64,000 bases of DNA from Adineta vaga (GCA_021613535.1 CP075497.1:12710001-12774000); one strand, 5' to 3'; shown: positions 12,701 to 25,000, counted from the first letter of the stretch. Notes: generated from the sequence alone by a model not told the origin. Program-made: numbers and translations.

Positions 12701-15357
12701 GTGTAAGTCCTTGTCCTTGCATGTGTCTTTCAATGAGTCGATCACTTGTTTTTGTTGGGCTTTGCCGCATGGAAGTTTGTAGTGGAATTCAGTTGCCTTC
12801 TTGTCACCAGCTGTCTTCACGATTTGAACTTTGTCGGTGAATTTGACACCGAGTTTGTTGAGACGGCCTTGGAGAAGGTTGGTGAGGGTACCACCGACAT
12901 TACCGCATCGAGATGGTTTACGAGCGAAACGTGTTGCATGGCATCCACCGACACGGATGACACCTGTGACTGTGTTATCGTCTTGTGTTTGAACTTTGTG
13001 GTCTTTGTCGCAATCAACTGTGGCAGGTTTGCTTGGTTTGAGTGTCTTGCCTGATTTCGATGTGACTGCCTTGGTTGGAGCTGCAGTTGCTGCTTTGGCT
13101 GTTGTTGGAGCAGCCGTAGCTGGAGCAGCTGTGGCTGCTTTTTGTGTAGCCTTAGCACCAGTTGTCTTCTTTTCATCACTCTCAGAGCTTGAACTAGAGT
13201 CATCTTCATCGGGTTGATTTTCCTTGGTGCATGTATCGTGCAAGTCCTTGTCCTTGCATGTGTCTTTCAATGAGTCGATCACTTGTTTTTGTTGGGCTTT
13301 ACCACATGGAAGTTTATAGTGGAATTCAGTTGCTTTCTTGTCACCAGCTGTCTTCACGATTTGAACTTTGTCGGTGAATTTGACACCGAGTTTGTTGAGA
13401 CGGCCTTGGAGAAGGTTGGTGAGGGTACCACCGACATTGCCGCATCGGGATGGTTTACGAGCGAAACGTGTTGCATGACAGCCACCGACACGAATGACAC
13501 CTGTGACTGTGTTATCGTCTTGCGATTGGACTTTGTGGTCTTTGTCGCAATCAACTGTGGCAGGTTTGCTTGGTTTGAGTGTCTTGCCTGATTTCGATGT
13601 AACAGCCTTGGTTGGAGCTGCAGTTGCTGGTTTGGCTGTTGTTGGAGCCGCCGTCGCTGGTTTGGCGGTTGTTGGTTTTTCTGTTGGTGCAGCCGTTGCT
13701 TTTTGTGTTGCTACAGGTTTCACTGGAGCACCTGTTGCTTCTTCCGAGCTGCTACTATCACTATCATCATCACCATCACGTTTAATTGATTCTTTTTCAA
13801 TGGTTTTTTTTACCTGAATTGAAACATGATATTAAAAAATTATTAATTTTTTGTTTCTTATCATTCGAAGTCAATTTAGAATTCATTATTCTTACCTCGT
13901 CATCTTTGCATGTTTTCTTCAAAGCTACTTTTGCTTTTGATTGTTCTGCTTTTGGTACATTAACAGTGTACGAAAATACAGTATGTGTTTTGTTTCCAGT
14001 AAGAACTTTTACACTACATGGATAATTAACCTTTGTACTATAAAGCTGTTGGAAGTAGTTTCGAAGTTGTGTACAAACAGTTGATGAAAGAGCAGCAAGA
14101 CGTGTTGCATTGTTAGTAAATCGTTTTTCGCAAGGACAGTCTTGAACAACAATTTTACCGGTTAATGTCTGATCTTTTTCTTCAATATCATCGTCATCGC
14201 AGTTCTTAACTTGAACTGTACGTTTGGTAGCTGGAGCTTTCTTCGGTGCACCAGTTTTGGTTGTTTTACCTTGAGCTAAATAATAAAAAGTGGAATAAAA
14301 CAGTTCATGAATGTACTTGAGTAAAGAGAAATCGGAATCTTTTCTGAAAAAAATCGATTGATTGAAATTTTTTGTGTGAAAATTTTATTTTGTATGACAT
14401 ATATCATTGCCCTTTATTGTCTTGGAATGAATCTCTTCGTTCTGATTGGGAAATGGAAATGGTAGTATTCAGTACTAACTTGTTTTAACTGTTGTTGGAG
14501 CAGCAGTTTGTTTTGTAGTGATGACAACTTTTTCGGTTGTTCTTGGTGCTTCTTTTTGAGTAACTTTGGGTGCTTGTGTTGTTGTTGTTGTTGGTTTGGG
14601 TGCTTGTGTTGTTGTTGTTGTTGGTTTTGGTGCTTGTGTTGTTGTTGTTGTTGTTGTTGGTTTTGGTGCTTGTGTTGTTGTTGTTGATGGTTTTTGTGTT
14701 GAAGCTTTAGCTAAAAAGAAGAAATCTGATATAGTGAAAAGAGTTTTTTTGTAATAAAAATAAAGTTCGAGTATAGAAGAAGATTTAAGTAATTAATTTT
14801 GATGATAAATTGAAAATTAAAAATCTTGAGAAATGAAATAAAATTCACTAACTTTGTTCTGTTGTTTGTTTTTTAGCTTGAGTTGTTTGAACATTAACAG
14901 CTGATTTTTGAATTGTTTTTTTTACATCATCCTGTTTCACACATGTATTCAAAACAGTTTTAGCTGTTTCAGGATTTTTCGCTGCTGTACATTCATAATC
15001 CAAAGCAAGCATTCCATCGCCTAGATCTCTGACACCAGTAACACTAACTTTTGAAGCAGAATTCTTTGAATCATCAGCTTGAACTTTTTGAGTTAATGTT
15101 TTTGATAAAGAATCTTTCGATTGGGAAAGAGAATCTTTATCACAATTAGCGATAACCATTGTACCTCTTAAATTTTCACCTTTATTAACAACCATATGAG
15201 CATTAACTTCTGCTGTTTTTACAGAAGTGGCTTTGAAAGAAGAGAAAAGAAATTAAATAAAGTTAAAGAATAAGATAAAATTATTACTTGCAAATGAACA
15301 TGTTGGGATTTGGAGAAAAGCAATTGCAGATAAAAGAACGAAGAATGTCGTTTTCAT
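729..15357 (-). CDS. Giant secreted modular mucin-/adhesive-like protein (about 3,800 aa in window, 7 exons, 3 apparent frameshift sites, probably continues past window start)
   Basis: ATG at 15357 gives signal peptide MKTTFFVLLSAIAFLQIPTCSFA. GT-AG exons in consistent phase: 15357-15288, 15230-14853, 14710-14480, 14275-13896, 13813-11975, 11021-10642, 8904-752. These join ORFs 14848..15195, 12275..13723, 11847..12278, 5605..8904, 4595..5608 and 729..4598. A phase-1 A|GTAAG donor at 751, like those ending the other linker exons, precedes the nominal stop at 729. Confidence 0.85.
760..3270 (-). repeat. Coding tandem array of 14 units (186-bp/62-aa and 138-bp/46-aa variants), HGTTKSGQPTKGGKASSESDEKKSSKQPKPAGTTKAAEPSKATGAP[QGTTKAAQPSKATAAP]
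   Basis: Near-identical units read directly in ORF 729..4598 and in the DNA. Confidence 0.95.
3290..8640 (-). repeat. Coding tandem array of 10 copies (about 520-570 bp period) of Cys-containing module A plus acidic Ser patch and T/A/P/K linker
   Basis: Repeated PSKPATVDCDKDHKVQ...GGCHATRFARKPSRCGNVGG...HYKLPCGKAQQKQVIDSLKDTCKDKDLHDT followed by QPDEDDSSSSSESDEKK. Confidence 0.95.
10642..11021 (-). repeat. Duplicated exon encoding module B (paralog at 13896..14275)
   Basis: Both 380-bp exons encode ...VQVKNCDDDDIEE-DQTLTGKIVVQDCPCEKRF...KKTCKDDE with near-identical DNA and the same GTAAGAATAATGAATTCTAAAT donor flank. Confidence 0.9.
12050..13640 (-). repeat. Second coding array: 3 more copies of module A (LLQGRL/DTCTKE variant)
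   Basis: ORFs 12275..13723 and 11847..12278; these copies share diagnostic variants with the first copy of the 8904 exon. Confidence 0.93.
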
Positions 15358-16004
15358 TTTGTTTATTCAATGTAAACGACAATACTTTTGGAGTAAAAAC
15401 TGTGAAATGATATCAAATGAAATATTCGCGAGAATTTATATAGATTATGATTTTTAAATGATTTTTCTCGAATATGTTTTTCATCTTAATGATTATTCCT
15501 TATGTTACGTTTGAATTGTATCAGATGGTTTTGATATCTTTTTTTTCTTAATGTTATTCAATTAAATCTTTCTTTTTTTTTCTTTGTTTTTTTTCATAAT
15601 AATCAAATTTATTTTCTTTTTTGTTCATTTCTTCTTTATCCGCCTACAAGAAAACAAGATTCCAAACTAATGATGAGATTATTTTATTTTATTTTTCAAA
15701 ATCCAAACTTTCAGTTCGTTAAAAATCAAATCAAATGAAAATCTTGTTTTATTCTTTAAGTGCAATAACGAAGGAAAAAAATGATCATAATTTCGTCATA
15801 GATATTTTTTCATAAAAGAAATAAAAGAGCAGATGTTTAAATCGTATTGAAATTAATAAAAAAGAAAAATCTGTTACATATTTTCTTTAGAAAATCATTT
15901 GATCTTTTTTTTTGTTTTTTTTTACTTTTTATGATTAAATCAGATTGATATAATTGTATTTTCTTTTTTCGATATTTATTTGAAATTTCAAAAGAAAAAG
16001 AAAA

Positions 16005-16653
16005 TTAATTTTTATGAACAAAAGATTTCGCTTTTCTTGATCGTCGATTTAAAAGTGTTTCTTCATCTATATCTCCAATAATGACAAATGATTCTTCAGT
16101 TATTTCATCGAGAAATGAAGAAAATTGATGAAAAACATTAACATTTTTCTCATTGATTTCATCATTTGAATATAGATCATTTGTATTAATTTGTTGATAA
16201 TCATCATAAGTTACTGGTTGAGATAAACTTTCAGATTCGAATGGAATTTCATTTGAACCTTTTAATTCATTAATTAATCTTGAGAAGAAATTATGATTTT
16301 CTTTGATAAATTTCATTGATGGATCATTGAAGGAATTTGAATTTTCATTATCATAAAATTTAAGATTATTTTCTTCTTTAATTTTATTTAATTGATTTTG
16401 ATTTTGTTCTATTTCAATTGAATTTGTTTCAACATGTGGAAATTGAAAATGTTCTCCATTAGGTAAATCATTATCTGATGCATATTTTTTTTCTTTTCCT
16501 TTTTTATTTGGTGTTATACTCTTGAAAAGAAAAATGATATTTTACTTAAGATATCGTTGAAAAAGAAAAACTTACTGTCCAAAATTCTGCTTCATCATCA
16601 GTAATCCAAGCTAATGTTTGAGCTTGTTTTTTATCTTTTTTTCGATGTGACAT
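16005..16653 (-). CDS. Hypothetical protein, 2 exons (about 200 aa, N/E/K-rich)
   Basis: ATG 16653 MSHRKKDKKQAQTLAWITDDEAEFWT, GTAAG intron, exon from 16520 in frame with ORF 16005..16316; no recognised motif. Confidence 0.5.
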
Positions 16654-16874
16654 ATCTGTTTTGTTTTCTAAATGAATCGATCAGCAAGTTTGCCTTGTCC
16701 TCTTACCTTTTTTTTCTTATCAAATCATTCAGTCGAATCGAATCGAATCGAATGTTTTTTATTCGTTGGTTTTTCATTAAGAATAATGAAAAGGAAAGAA
16801 AATGATTAATTATTAATCATACTTTTTTATCTTTAGACAAATGACGTCGTTTGTTTCACTGAGTTTTATTTTGA

Positions 16875-18886
16875 TTAAATTTCATTATTTAAAAGATGTT
16901 CATTTTCATTATTTTCTAAGGAAAGATTTCGTTGTTTTTTATGAAAAAAGAAGCAAAGAAATGAAATGAAAGAAAAAGATATGAATTTAATGAGAAGAAT
17001 TGTTAAAAAGAAAAGAAATGAAAATTGTTTTTCATCATAAATTAAACATGAAGTTTTCTCTTGAAAATATGATTTTGACCAATATAAACATTGTTTATCA
17101 ATTAAAATTCCAAATAAAATCGGTGTTGGAATTTGTGAAATAATTTTTAATAAACTATTTTGTAATGCTAATCCAATTGATTGAATTGATTCATCTAATA
17201 TTCTCAAAATTATCATTAATTGTGGTGTTGCCATTAATGTTTCAAAATAAATAACAAAAAATAATAATACAAACAATAAAATTAATTCCAAATTACAATT
17301 ATTTTTACATAAACCTTTTTCAACTTCTGTTCCATTTAATAAACATTGACAATTTAGAAATGACTTTTCAAAAAAGAAAAAAAAAGTTTGATTAAAAAGA
17401 AAGAAAGAAAACTTACAGTTTGATTTTTATCTGTACAACCAGCATAACATGGTGAAAGATAATTAAGTTGATTATGATAACAAACAGGTTCATAAATCAT
17501 TGATGAACAATGACACATTTGAGAACATGTTGTATCAAATGAATATGGAATATTTGTTGGACATTTTATAAATAATATTATTAATAAACTTATTAATGTT
17601 ATTAAACATGATATAAAAATTAATTTCATACAACCATTGATTGATAAATTTAATCGACGAATTAAATATCCACCAGATATTGTTCCTAAAATTGCTGATG
17701 GAACAAGAATTAAACCGGTTAATATACTTGAATAAGATGAAGATAAATTATAAACTGTTTCAATATATTTTATTAAATATGTGGTAAATAATACAACTAA
17801 AATCTAAATGAAAATTTTCAGTTTTTTCTTTCTTTCTTTCTTTCTTTAATTTTATTATTTACATTTTCAATTGAATTGATTATTGATATTGTTATATAAG
17901 GAAGATTTCGAAAGAGATTTAATAATATTTTTAAAAAATCTAAATATTTTCAAATAGAAAAAAAAAAAGAAAAGAAAAGAAAAGGAAAAAAACAAACCTT
18001 TAAAATGAATTGTTGAATTTATTTGTTGATTTGACGAGAATTGATTTAAATGAGATGGAAATGTAAATAAAAGAATTGAAAATAAAAATAAAAAAGAAGA
18101 TGAAATGATAAATCCAGCCCACCATCTTCCAATCCATCGTGGATCATTTGAATTTATATTTAATAAATGAATATCATCAGATATATTTATCCATTTAGAT
18201 AAAAAATAAGAAGCCATTAGAAAACCAATAGCTGGTCCTAATGCAACCATTCCATATAATATACCTTCAAAGAAATTTAATTAAACAAAAAGAAAAAAAG
18301 AAAGATTTTTACTTGTATAAATTGATTGATCTTCTTTTTTTAAATGATCTGTTAAATATGTTATTCCTATTGTATAAAATGGACTTGTACCAATTGACAT
18401 GATTATCATTGATAAAATAATTAAATAATATGAATAAGAAAAAGAATTTGAATGAAAATTCATTTCATTTGTTTGATTTAAATAACAAAATGAATCAATT
18501 GTTGAATTTATGGAATTATATTTATATCCATAAATAAAATAAGGAATTATAAAGATGAAATTTCCTAATGAAAATAAAAATGAACCAAATGAAAGAAGTT
18601 TTGCACGATTATATTTTGTACCAAAATATGAAAATAATGGAATTGATATAATTGATATAATATCATATGAACTTAAAATAATTCCAATTAATTCTGTTGA
18701 ATAACCATAATAATTTTCTATAGATGATATTATTGAACTTAAATAAGCTGATGTTATCATTGATTGAAATAAAATTATTAAACATAATAAAATAAAATAA
18801 GAAGTTATTGTATGAAATTTGTTTTTATTCTCATTTTCATTTTGATTAATAATAATATCAATATTATCAGACTCAGACTCAGACAT
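16875..18886 (-). CDS. Organic anion transporting polypeptide (OATP/SLCO family, MFS) with Kazal-like loop
   Basis: Motifs GIILSSYDI, GITYLTDH, ALGPAIGF, DPRWIGRWWAGF, CHCSSMIYEPVC...YLSPCYAGC, IPTPILFGILIDKQCLYW across ORFs 18281..18952, 17867..18250, 17354..17629, 16875..17291. Confidence 0.93.
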
Positions 18887-19007
18887 GTTTTGAACGTGTA
18901 CGTACAGATAAAGAATATAATAATAGATCTCTCTTTCTCTTAGATTGACCAATGAAATTCATTTCCGTATTTTACCATTTCTTTATTTTATTTTAATAAA
19001 AATAAAA

Positions 19008-21883
19008 TTATTTTCTTAAAGCAAATAGAATTGCTGCAATTATAAAAAATCCTAAACTCCATCCTATTGTTACAACAAAACCGAACCAAACTTCATAATA
19101 AAAAAAAGACCAGCCTAAATAAAAACGAATTTTATTCGAAAAGAATCTCTATTTAAACAAACCTCTTGTTGCAATACATCGAATAGCTTCAACTGAATGA
19201 GTTATTGGAGTTAATTTACTTATAAAACGCATAACTGGTGGCATTCCTTCTACTGGCCAAAGAATTCCTTCAAAAAAAGAATGAACTTAAAAAAAAGAAA
19301 AGAAAATGAAATACAAATTTTCCAAACCTGAACTTAATAACATTGGAAAAACACTTCCCATTGCTACTTCCATAACTTGCATTTCATGTTCACAAATTGC
19401 TGAAATCAATAAACCATAATTCATTCCACAAATTCCTTGAAGAAAAATCAATGTCATTGATAAAATTAATGACCCACGAAATTCCACCTGAACACGAAAA
19501 AAAAAGAACAATCGCAAAATGAAAATTCGAAAAAAGAAAATCGTTCAAACTTGAAAAATAAAATGAGCAAAAATAATTAAAAGAATAACTTGAATAACTT
19601 GAATAAAAAATTTGACAACAATATGAGCGAACATAATTTCAATTGTTGTTACACCAGCAATTGTACTTCTTTCTAAAAGACCTTCTTTTTTTTCAATAAC
19701 AAATATTAATGCTGTTAAACCAATTGCTAAAAAAAATATTATAGATAACATCATTCCTGGAGCAGCAAAATTTAGAAATTTAGGTTGTAATGTTCCATAA
19801 ATTGGATTTTCTATTATAACAGGTGGATTTACTATTGATGGATCAATTCCATGATCTTTTAAAAATTCTTTTAAAAACATTTCTGTTCCATTAAATATCA
19901 CATTTTGCATTACAAATGCTATTTGTTGATCTAAATATCAAATATATATATATATATATATTTAATTGATAAGTCTATTTGAAAATATCTTTTACTTGTC
20001 ATATCAAGATATAAATGTATTGATGATTCTTTTAATGTTAATGGATCAGTTTGAAATCCTAGAAATCTTTTGAAAAGAAATGAAATTATTTGATTTAAAA
20101 AACAAATTCATTCGAACTTATTATTAACAGCTTGAGTAAAATTTAAATGAATTTCTGCTAAACCCCAATGATGACCTTGTTTTACTGAATTTATTCCTTC
20201 ATTAAAATCATTAAAAGATTTCTAAAGAAAAGAATTTTGTTCTTTTATAAAACAATAAAAAAAAAATAAATACAAAATGAATTTGATTCGAATTAATTTG
20301 ATTTAATAATTCTACACTTAAATTTCCTGTTGGATAATTATTTAATGATTCATTATTAAAAAGTGCCATAGGAATATTTGTTGGATCACCTAAAATCAAT
20401 TTTTCTTTCTTTTCTCATTGAAATCGATATTAACTTACGTCCAATACAAAGACAAAATAATGAAACTTGAAGAACAGGAATTAAAAATTGAAAAAATAAA
20501 AATCTTTTTTGTTTTTGAAGAAAAAAAAATATAAAGAATTTTTGTAAAATCAAATGAATTTATTTACCCAATATTTGTTTTAATAACTGTTAAATCTTTG
20601 ATAATTAATGCAAAGATTTTATGAAAATGTGGAAAGACAAAATAATCCATGAAGACTTTTGATGATTTTCGAATATCTTTGAAAATAAAAAGATGAATGA
20701 AATAAAAAAGAAAAACAAAGAAACCTTTTGTTTGATTTATATTCGAATTGATTTGATTAATTGGATTTGATACGGTTGTTGTTATTGAAAGATTTTCATT
20801 TTCAATTCGATTTTGATCATTAAAACATAAATGAAGAAAAACATTTTCTAAAGTCTGGAAACGAAATTTAATTTGATGAAAATAGAAAAACAAACATTTT
20901 GATTATATTGAGTTAAAAGATTTAATGGATCATCTTCAGCTAACATTCTTCCACTTCTCATTAAACCAACCTTAAATAAATTTAATAAATTATTTTTTCT
21001 TTTGTTTTTCAAAAATAAATTAATTAACTTGATTAGCTTTTCTTGCTTCTTCAATATAATGAGTTGTTATTAAAATTGTTGTTTGACTTGTTTGACAAAT
21101 ATTTATTAAATGATTCCAAATTCTAATTAAAAATAAATAGAATATAAGAATGAATTTTTCAATCGAACTTTTCTCTTAATAAAGGATCAACACCAACAGT
21201 TGGTTCATCAAGTATTAATAATTTTGGTTGTTGAAGTAAAGCACATGCTAAAGAAACACGACGTTGTTGTCCACCACTTTCATATAGATGAAGAAGAAGA
21301 AGATTATTTGAATTTTAAAGAAAGAAAAGAAAAACCTTAATTGAGAAATTTTTCTTGTTTTCGAAGGTAAATCAAGAAAATGAATAAGAAATTGTTCTCT
21401 TAATGAAATTTCATTGGATTTCATATTATGAAGACGACCAAAATGAAAAATCATTTCCGAAATAGAGAAATTTTTATAAAGTGCATTTTCTTGTGGCATA
21501 TAACCAACTGCACGACCAGGTATTTCACTTCCTGAACTACCAGGTACTTTTCCAAAAACAAAGATTTCACCCGAATTTAATTCTAAACGACCAACAATAC
21601 ATCGTAATAATGTTGTTTTTCCACAACCACTTGGTCCTAATAAACCATATCTAAAAAGAAAAGAAATACTTTATTTCAATAAATTAATTCTAATTCAATT
21701 TTACATAATTCCTGTTGCAACATTAAGATTTATATCATGTAAAACACGTGTTGATTTCCAAAAATGTCCATAATTTTTACATCCATTTTGAACATTAACA
21801 GCTAATTCTTTTGATTCATTCTTTAATCGAAAAAAAAACGGATATTTCGTATTTTGTTTTTTTTTATCTCTTACCATTTTCAT
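19008..21883 (-). CDS. ABC half-transporter, NBD followed by ABC-2 type TMD (ABCH / ABCG20-23-like)
   Basis: Walker [20 protein letters not shown] (about 21590-21650), signature [10 protein letters not shown], Walker [16 protein letters not shown] motifs FAAPGMM...[10 protein letters not shown] and [10 protein letters not shown]; many short introns. Confidence 0.9.
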
Positions 21884-22373
21884 TTTGTTACCTTCTTACC
21901 TTATTTTGAAAGTTAAATAAAACGAAAAAGATATTCATATCTTCATAAGTACTTTGTCCTTTAAAATAAAATAGATTAAACCAATGTTAAAGAATTCTTT
22001 CTTCCTAGTTTAAAATTTCAATATCAAATTATCGTTAAAGTACGCATTTTTCCATTGTTCTCGATCATCGACGTCATCGAATGTTAAATGATCATTAAAA
22101 AAATCTGTTCCAAACATTTTCTTTTCAATTGAAAATTCGATTAATAGATTAATTGATAAGCATTGAAAAAGAATCAAATCGATTTGCACTGATATCAACC
22201 TTTTTTTGCTCGTAATAATTCATTTGACATTTGAATTTAAGAACATAATTCTATTGACATGTAGTGACATCTTTCATTGAAAAATGTTCTATTCGTTTTA
22301 TTTGATAATTAACATAACAATAAGATAAAGAAATGTTTAATAAATGAATCAGTATTGAAAATAAAAGAATAAG

Positions 22374-22904
22374 ATGGATGATATTACGATTGAAGATGAA
22401 TTCGATTCTGATGAACAAATTTTATCTCAATCAGAAGAGAAAACAAATTTTCTTTTAGTCAATTATCAATGGATAATTGTATTTAGTTTTTTTGTTTTGG
22501 TTGTCATTTATTTTTTGAAAAGACGAACTCCTCGAAGAGAAAATCGTATATCAAGAGGTGAATTTCTAAAAGAAAAAAAGATGAAATAAAAGAAATCTTA
22601 TTTAGATGAAACAATCAATCGATATGAACAAATGGAACAAATTAGAGAACGACAACAAAAACAATATGAACAAGAAAGTTTACGTCGTTTAGAAGAAAAA
22701 CAAAAGGTTTTTTCTTTTTCTTTTATCTTTTAAAATAAAATTTCTTTTTAGAAAATTGAAGCATCAAAAACAATGAATGATAAACCATTAAAATATCGTT
22801 CAAATGATCATAATCCATTAACTGGTCAATCAAATAATTCAAAGAATGATTCATGTTCATGGCGTCCTTCATCTCGACGAAGACCACAAGGTGGATGAGG
22901 TTAA
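22374..22904 (+). CDS. SELENOS: Selenoprotein S (SelS/VIMP) with in-frame UGA (Sec) at 22896-22898
   Basis: Three exons (introns about 22558-22605 and 22707-22751). Single TM helix, coiled coil, then C-terminus HNPLTG...SCSWRPSSRRRPQGG-U-G-stop, matching the SelS pattern YNPLSG...CSWRPGRRGPSSGGUG. Confidence 0.92.
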
Positions 22905-22944
22905 TTTTGATCTCATTTGAGATATAAAGTTTTCTTTTCCCTTT

Positions 22945-23025
22945 TTTTTCTCGTTCTTTTATGATTTTAACAATGGAAACATTTTATTCAAATGACATTG
23001 TTTAATTGATTGGAGAAAAAAACGG
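22945..23025 (+). promoter_or_regulatory. Type II SECIS element in SELENOS 3' UTR
   Basis: ATGA at 22961, 12 nt spacer, AAA at 22977, stem AACAATG/CATTGTT, apical minihelix CATTT/AAATG, GA at 23008, lower helix TTTTTTCTC/GAGAAAAAA. Confidence 0.88.
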
Positions 23026-23225
23026 AATTTTTTTTGTTTTAAATTTCTAAATGAATAAGAAAAGAAATGAAATTTGTTTTTTTTTTTAATAAAGAAAGAA
23101 AACGAAGCTCAATAATAGATCTTTGTAAAGAGATCATTCATATCCTTTTCCGTTATTGATTTATTAATATTATTGAATATAAATATTGAGATGATCAGTT
23201 TTTTTTCTTTCGAATAAGAAAACAA

Positions 23226-24418
23226 ATGTTTTATAAAGGAATATTTTGGTTATTATTTATATGTTTATTAACAATAATTGGAAATATTCTTGTTATTTTA
23301 TCAGTTTATCGTGAAAGATCACTTCATAATGCAACATATTATTATATTGTTTCATTATCTATAGCTGATTTATGTGTTGGAATTATTGTTATTCCATTAA
23401 CAATATTATTTGAAATCAATACAATAAATCCAACAAAATCATATTGTAATCTTTGGCATATAAGTGATGTTTGTGCATCAACAGCATCAATTTTAGCATT
23501 ATGTATTATATCAATTGATCGTTATAAAGGAATTCGTTCACCAATAACATATTCTCAATCATTTTTACGAAAACATTCATCAATTGTAATTGGATTCATA
23601 TGGTTTTGTTCGGCATTAATTTCAATTCCATTTGTTATTTTTCTTGGACAAAAATCTTCTTTAAAAGATCGTTCAATTCAACGATGTGAATTTCCATCTG
23701 ATCCAATCTTTGTATTAATATCATCATCAATATCATTTTATATTCCATTAATAATAATGGTTTTTGTTTATGGAAAGATTTTAATATTTTCACGTAAACA
23801 AATTCAAGCATTTCGTCAAGGTTATAAACAAACAAAGATTATTGATGGAATTTCTCAAACAACTTTATTTCTTTCATCATTTCATTTAAAAAAACTTCCA
23901 ATAAGAAACGATTCCAATGAACAAATTATATTAAGAATTCATAAAGGAAAATATAAACAAACTTATTTAGAAAATGATTCATCACGTCATCGTACATCGT
24001 CTTTATCTTTGTTATTTTTACAACGTATAAGAAATGCACGAAGAAATCGAAGTTGGTCAAGATTTTCTCATGAACATAAAGCAGCTAAAGTTTTAGGAAT
24101 TGTTATGGGTGTTTTTATTGCTTGTTGGTTGCCTTTCTTTCTTTTTCATTCATTGACTTCGATTTTTAATTTACAAATTTCATCAAAATTTCAACAAGAA
24201 CTTTTTCAATTATTTACTTATCTTGGTTATACAAATTCAGCTGTAAGTTTTTCATTTTTCTTTTATCTTCTCATTCTTTCTTTTTCTTTTAGTTAAATTT
24301 TTTTGTTTATGTTTTAACATCAAAAGAATTTCGTTTAGCTTTTATTAAACTTCTTTGTCCTCGTCATTATATTCAACGTTCTTTAATTAAACATTATCAT
24401 CATCAAACTCATGTATAA
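23226..24418 (+). CDS. Aminergic class A GPCR, invertebrate dopamine (Dop1R2/INDR)- or octopamine-receptor-like
   Basis: GN in TM1, SLSIADL, WHISDVCASTASILALCIISIDRY (Asp3.32, DRY), TM5 SSSISFYIP, LRIHKG, EHKAAKVLGIVMGVFIACWLPFF; intron 24243-24292 restores TM7/helix 8. Confidence 0.9.
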
Positions 24419-24458
24419 AAATTTTCATTTCGTATAGAAACAAATAGAATTCAAATGA

Positions 24459-24795
24459 TGTTAGCGTCAGCTGTTGTTATTTTATGATGCTAACTACGTG
24501 TTATGTCTTTTCTACATATAAATGTATTGTCCTCTTGACTATCATATACTCTCGATGACTTATCTCTTTTTCTTTATTACGTTGCTAGATTTAGTTTTGT
24601 CTAGACTCGATCTTTTCTTTGGTTACATAGAGAGTTTATTTTTCTCTCTTTTTTTATTACACACTCGCTTCTTTTTTTAAATAAACGAACATTATCCTAA
24701 ATTATATTGATCTTCATCACCTCGAGCTACAGTTGGTAGATTCTCTATTGTTAGACTTCAAGTCATTACATTCATCCTCAAGCATGAGACTTACA
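24459..24795. mobile_element. Solo LTR (337 bp, TG...CA) with 5-bp target-site duplication AATGA
   Basis: AATGA|TGTTAG at 24454-24464 and CTTACA|AATGA at 24790-24800; internal TATAAAT and AATAAA on the + strand. Confidence 0.75.
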
Positions 24796-25000
24796 AATGA
24801 CAATTGTCATATGAATCAAAGAGAGAGACAGAGAGATTTTTAAAAATTGTAACTAGAATAATTAAAGATTAAATATGAATGAATATAAACATCTTAGAGA
24901 AATAAATAATTGATTGAAAAAATAGATTTTTTTTGTAACGAATTTCTTTTTTAATATGAAAACAAAAAATAGAAATTTATATCAAAAAGATACAATTTTG

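Noticed and set aside
942-13817. Many repeated + strand ORFs (MFLLGF..., MWSLSQSTV..., MVEQLWW...)
   Set aside because: Antisense shadows of the minus-strand coding repeats.
14566-14754. Poly-Val ORF / (GTT)n microsatellite
   Set aside because: Antisense of exon 3, which encodes Thr-rich TTTTQAPKP linkers.
19942-19961. (TA)n microsatellites here and near 31599-31619
   Set aside because: Short, ordinary simple repeats in AT-rich non-coding DNA.
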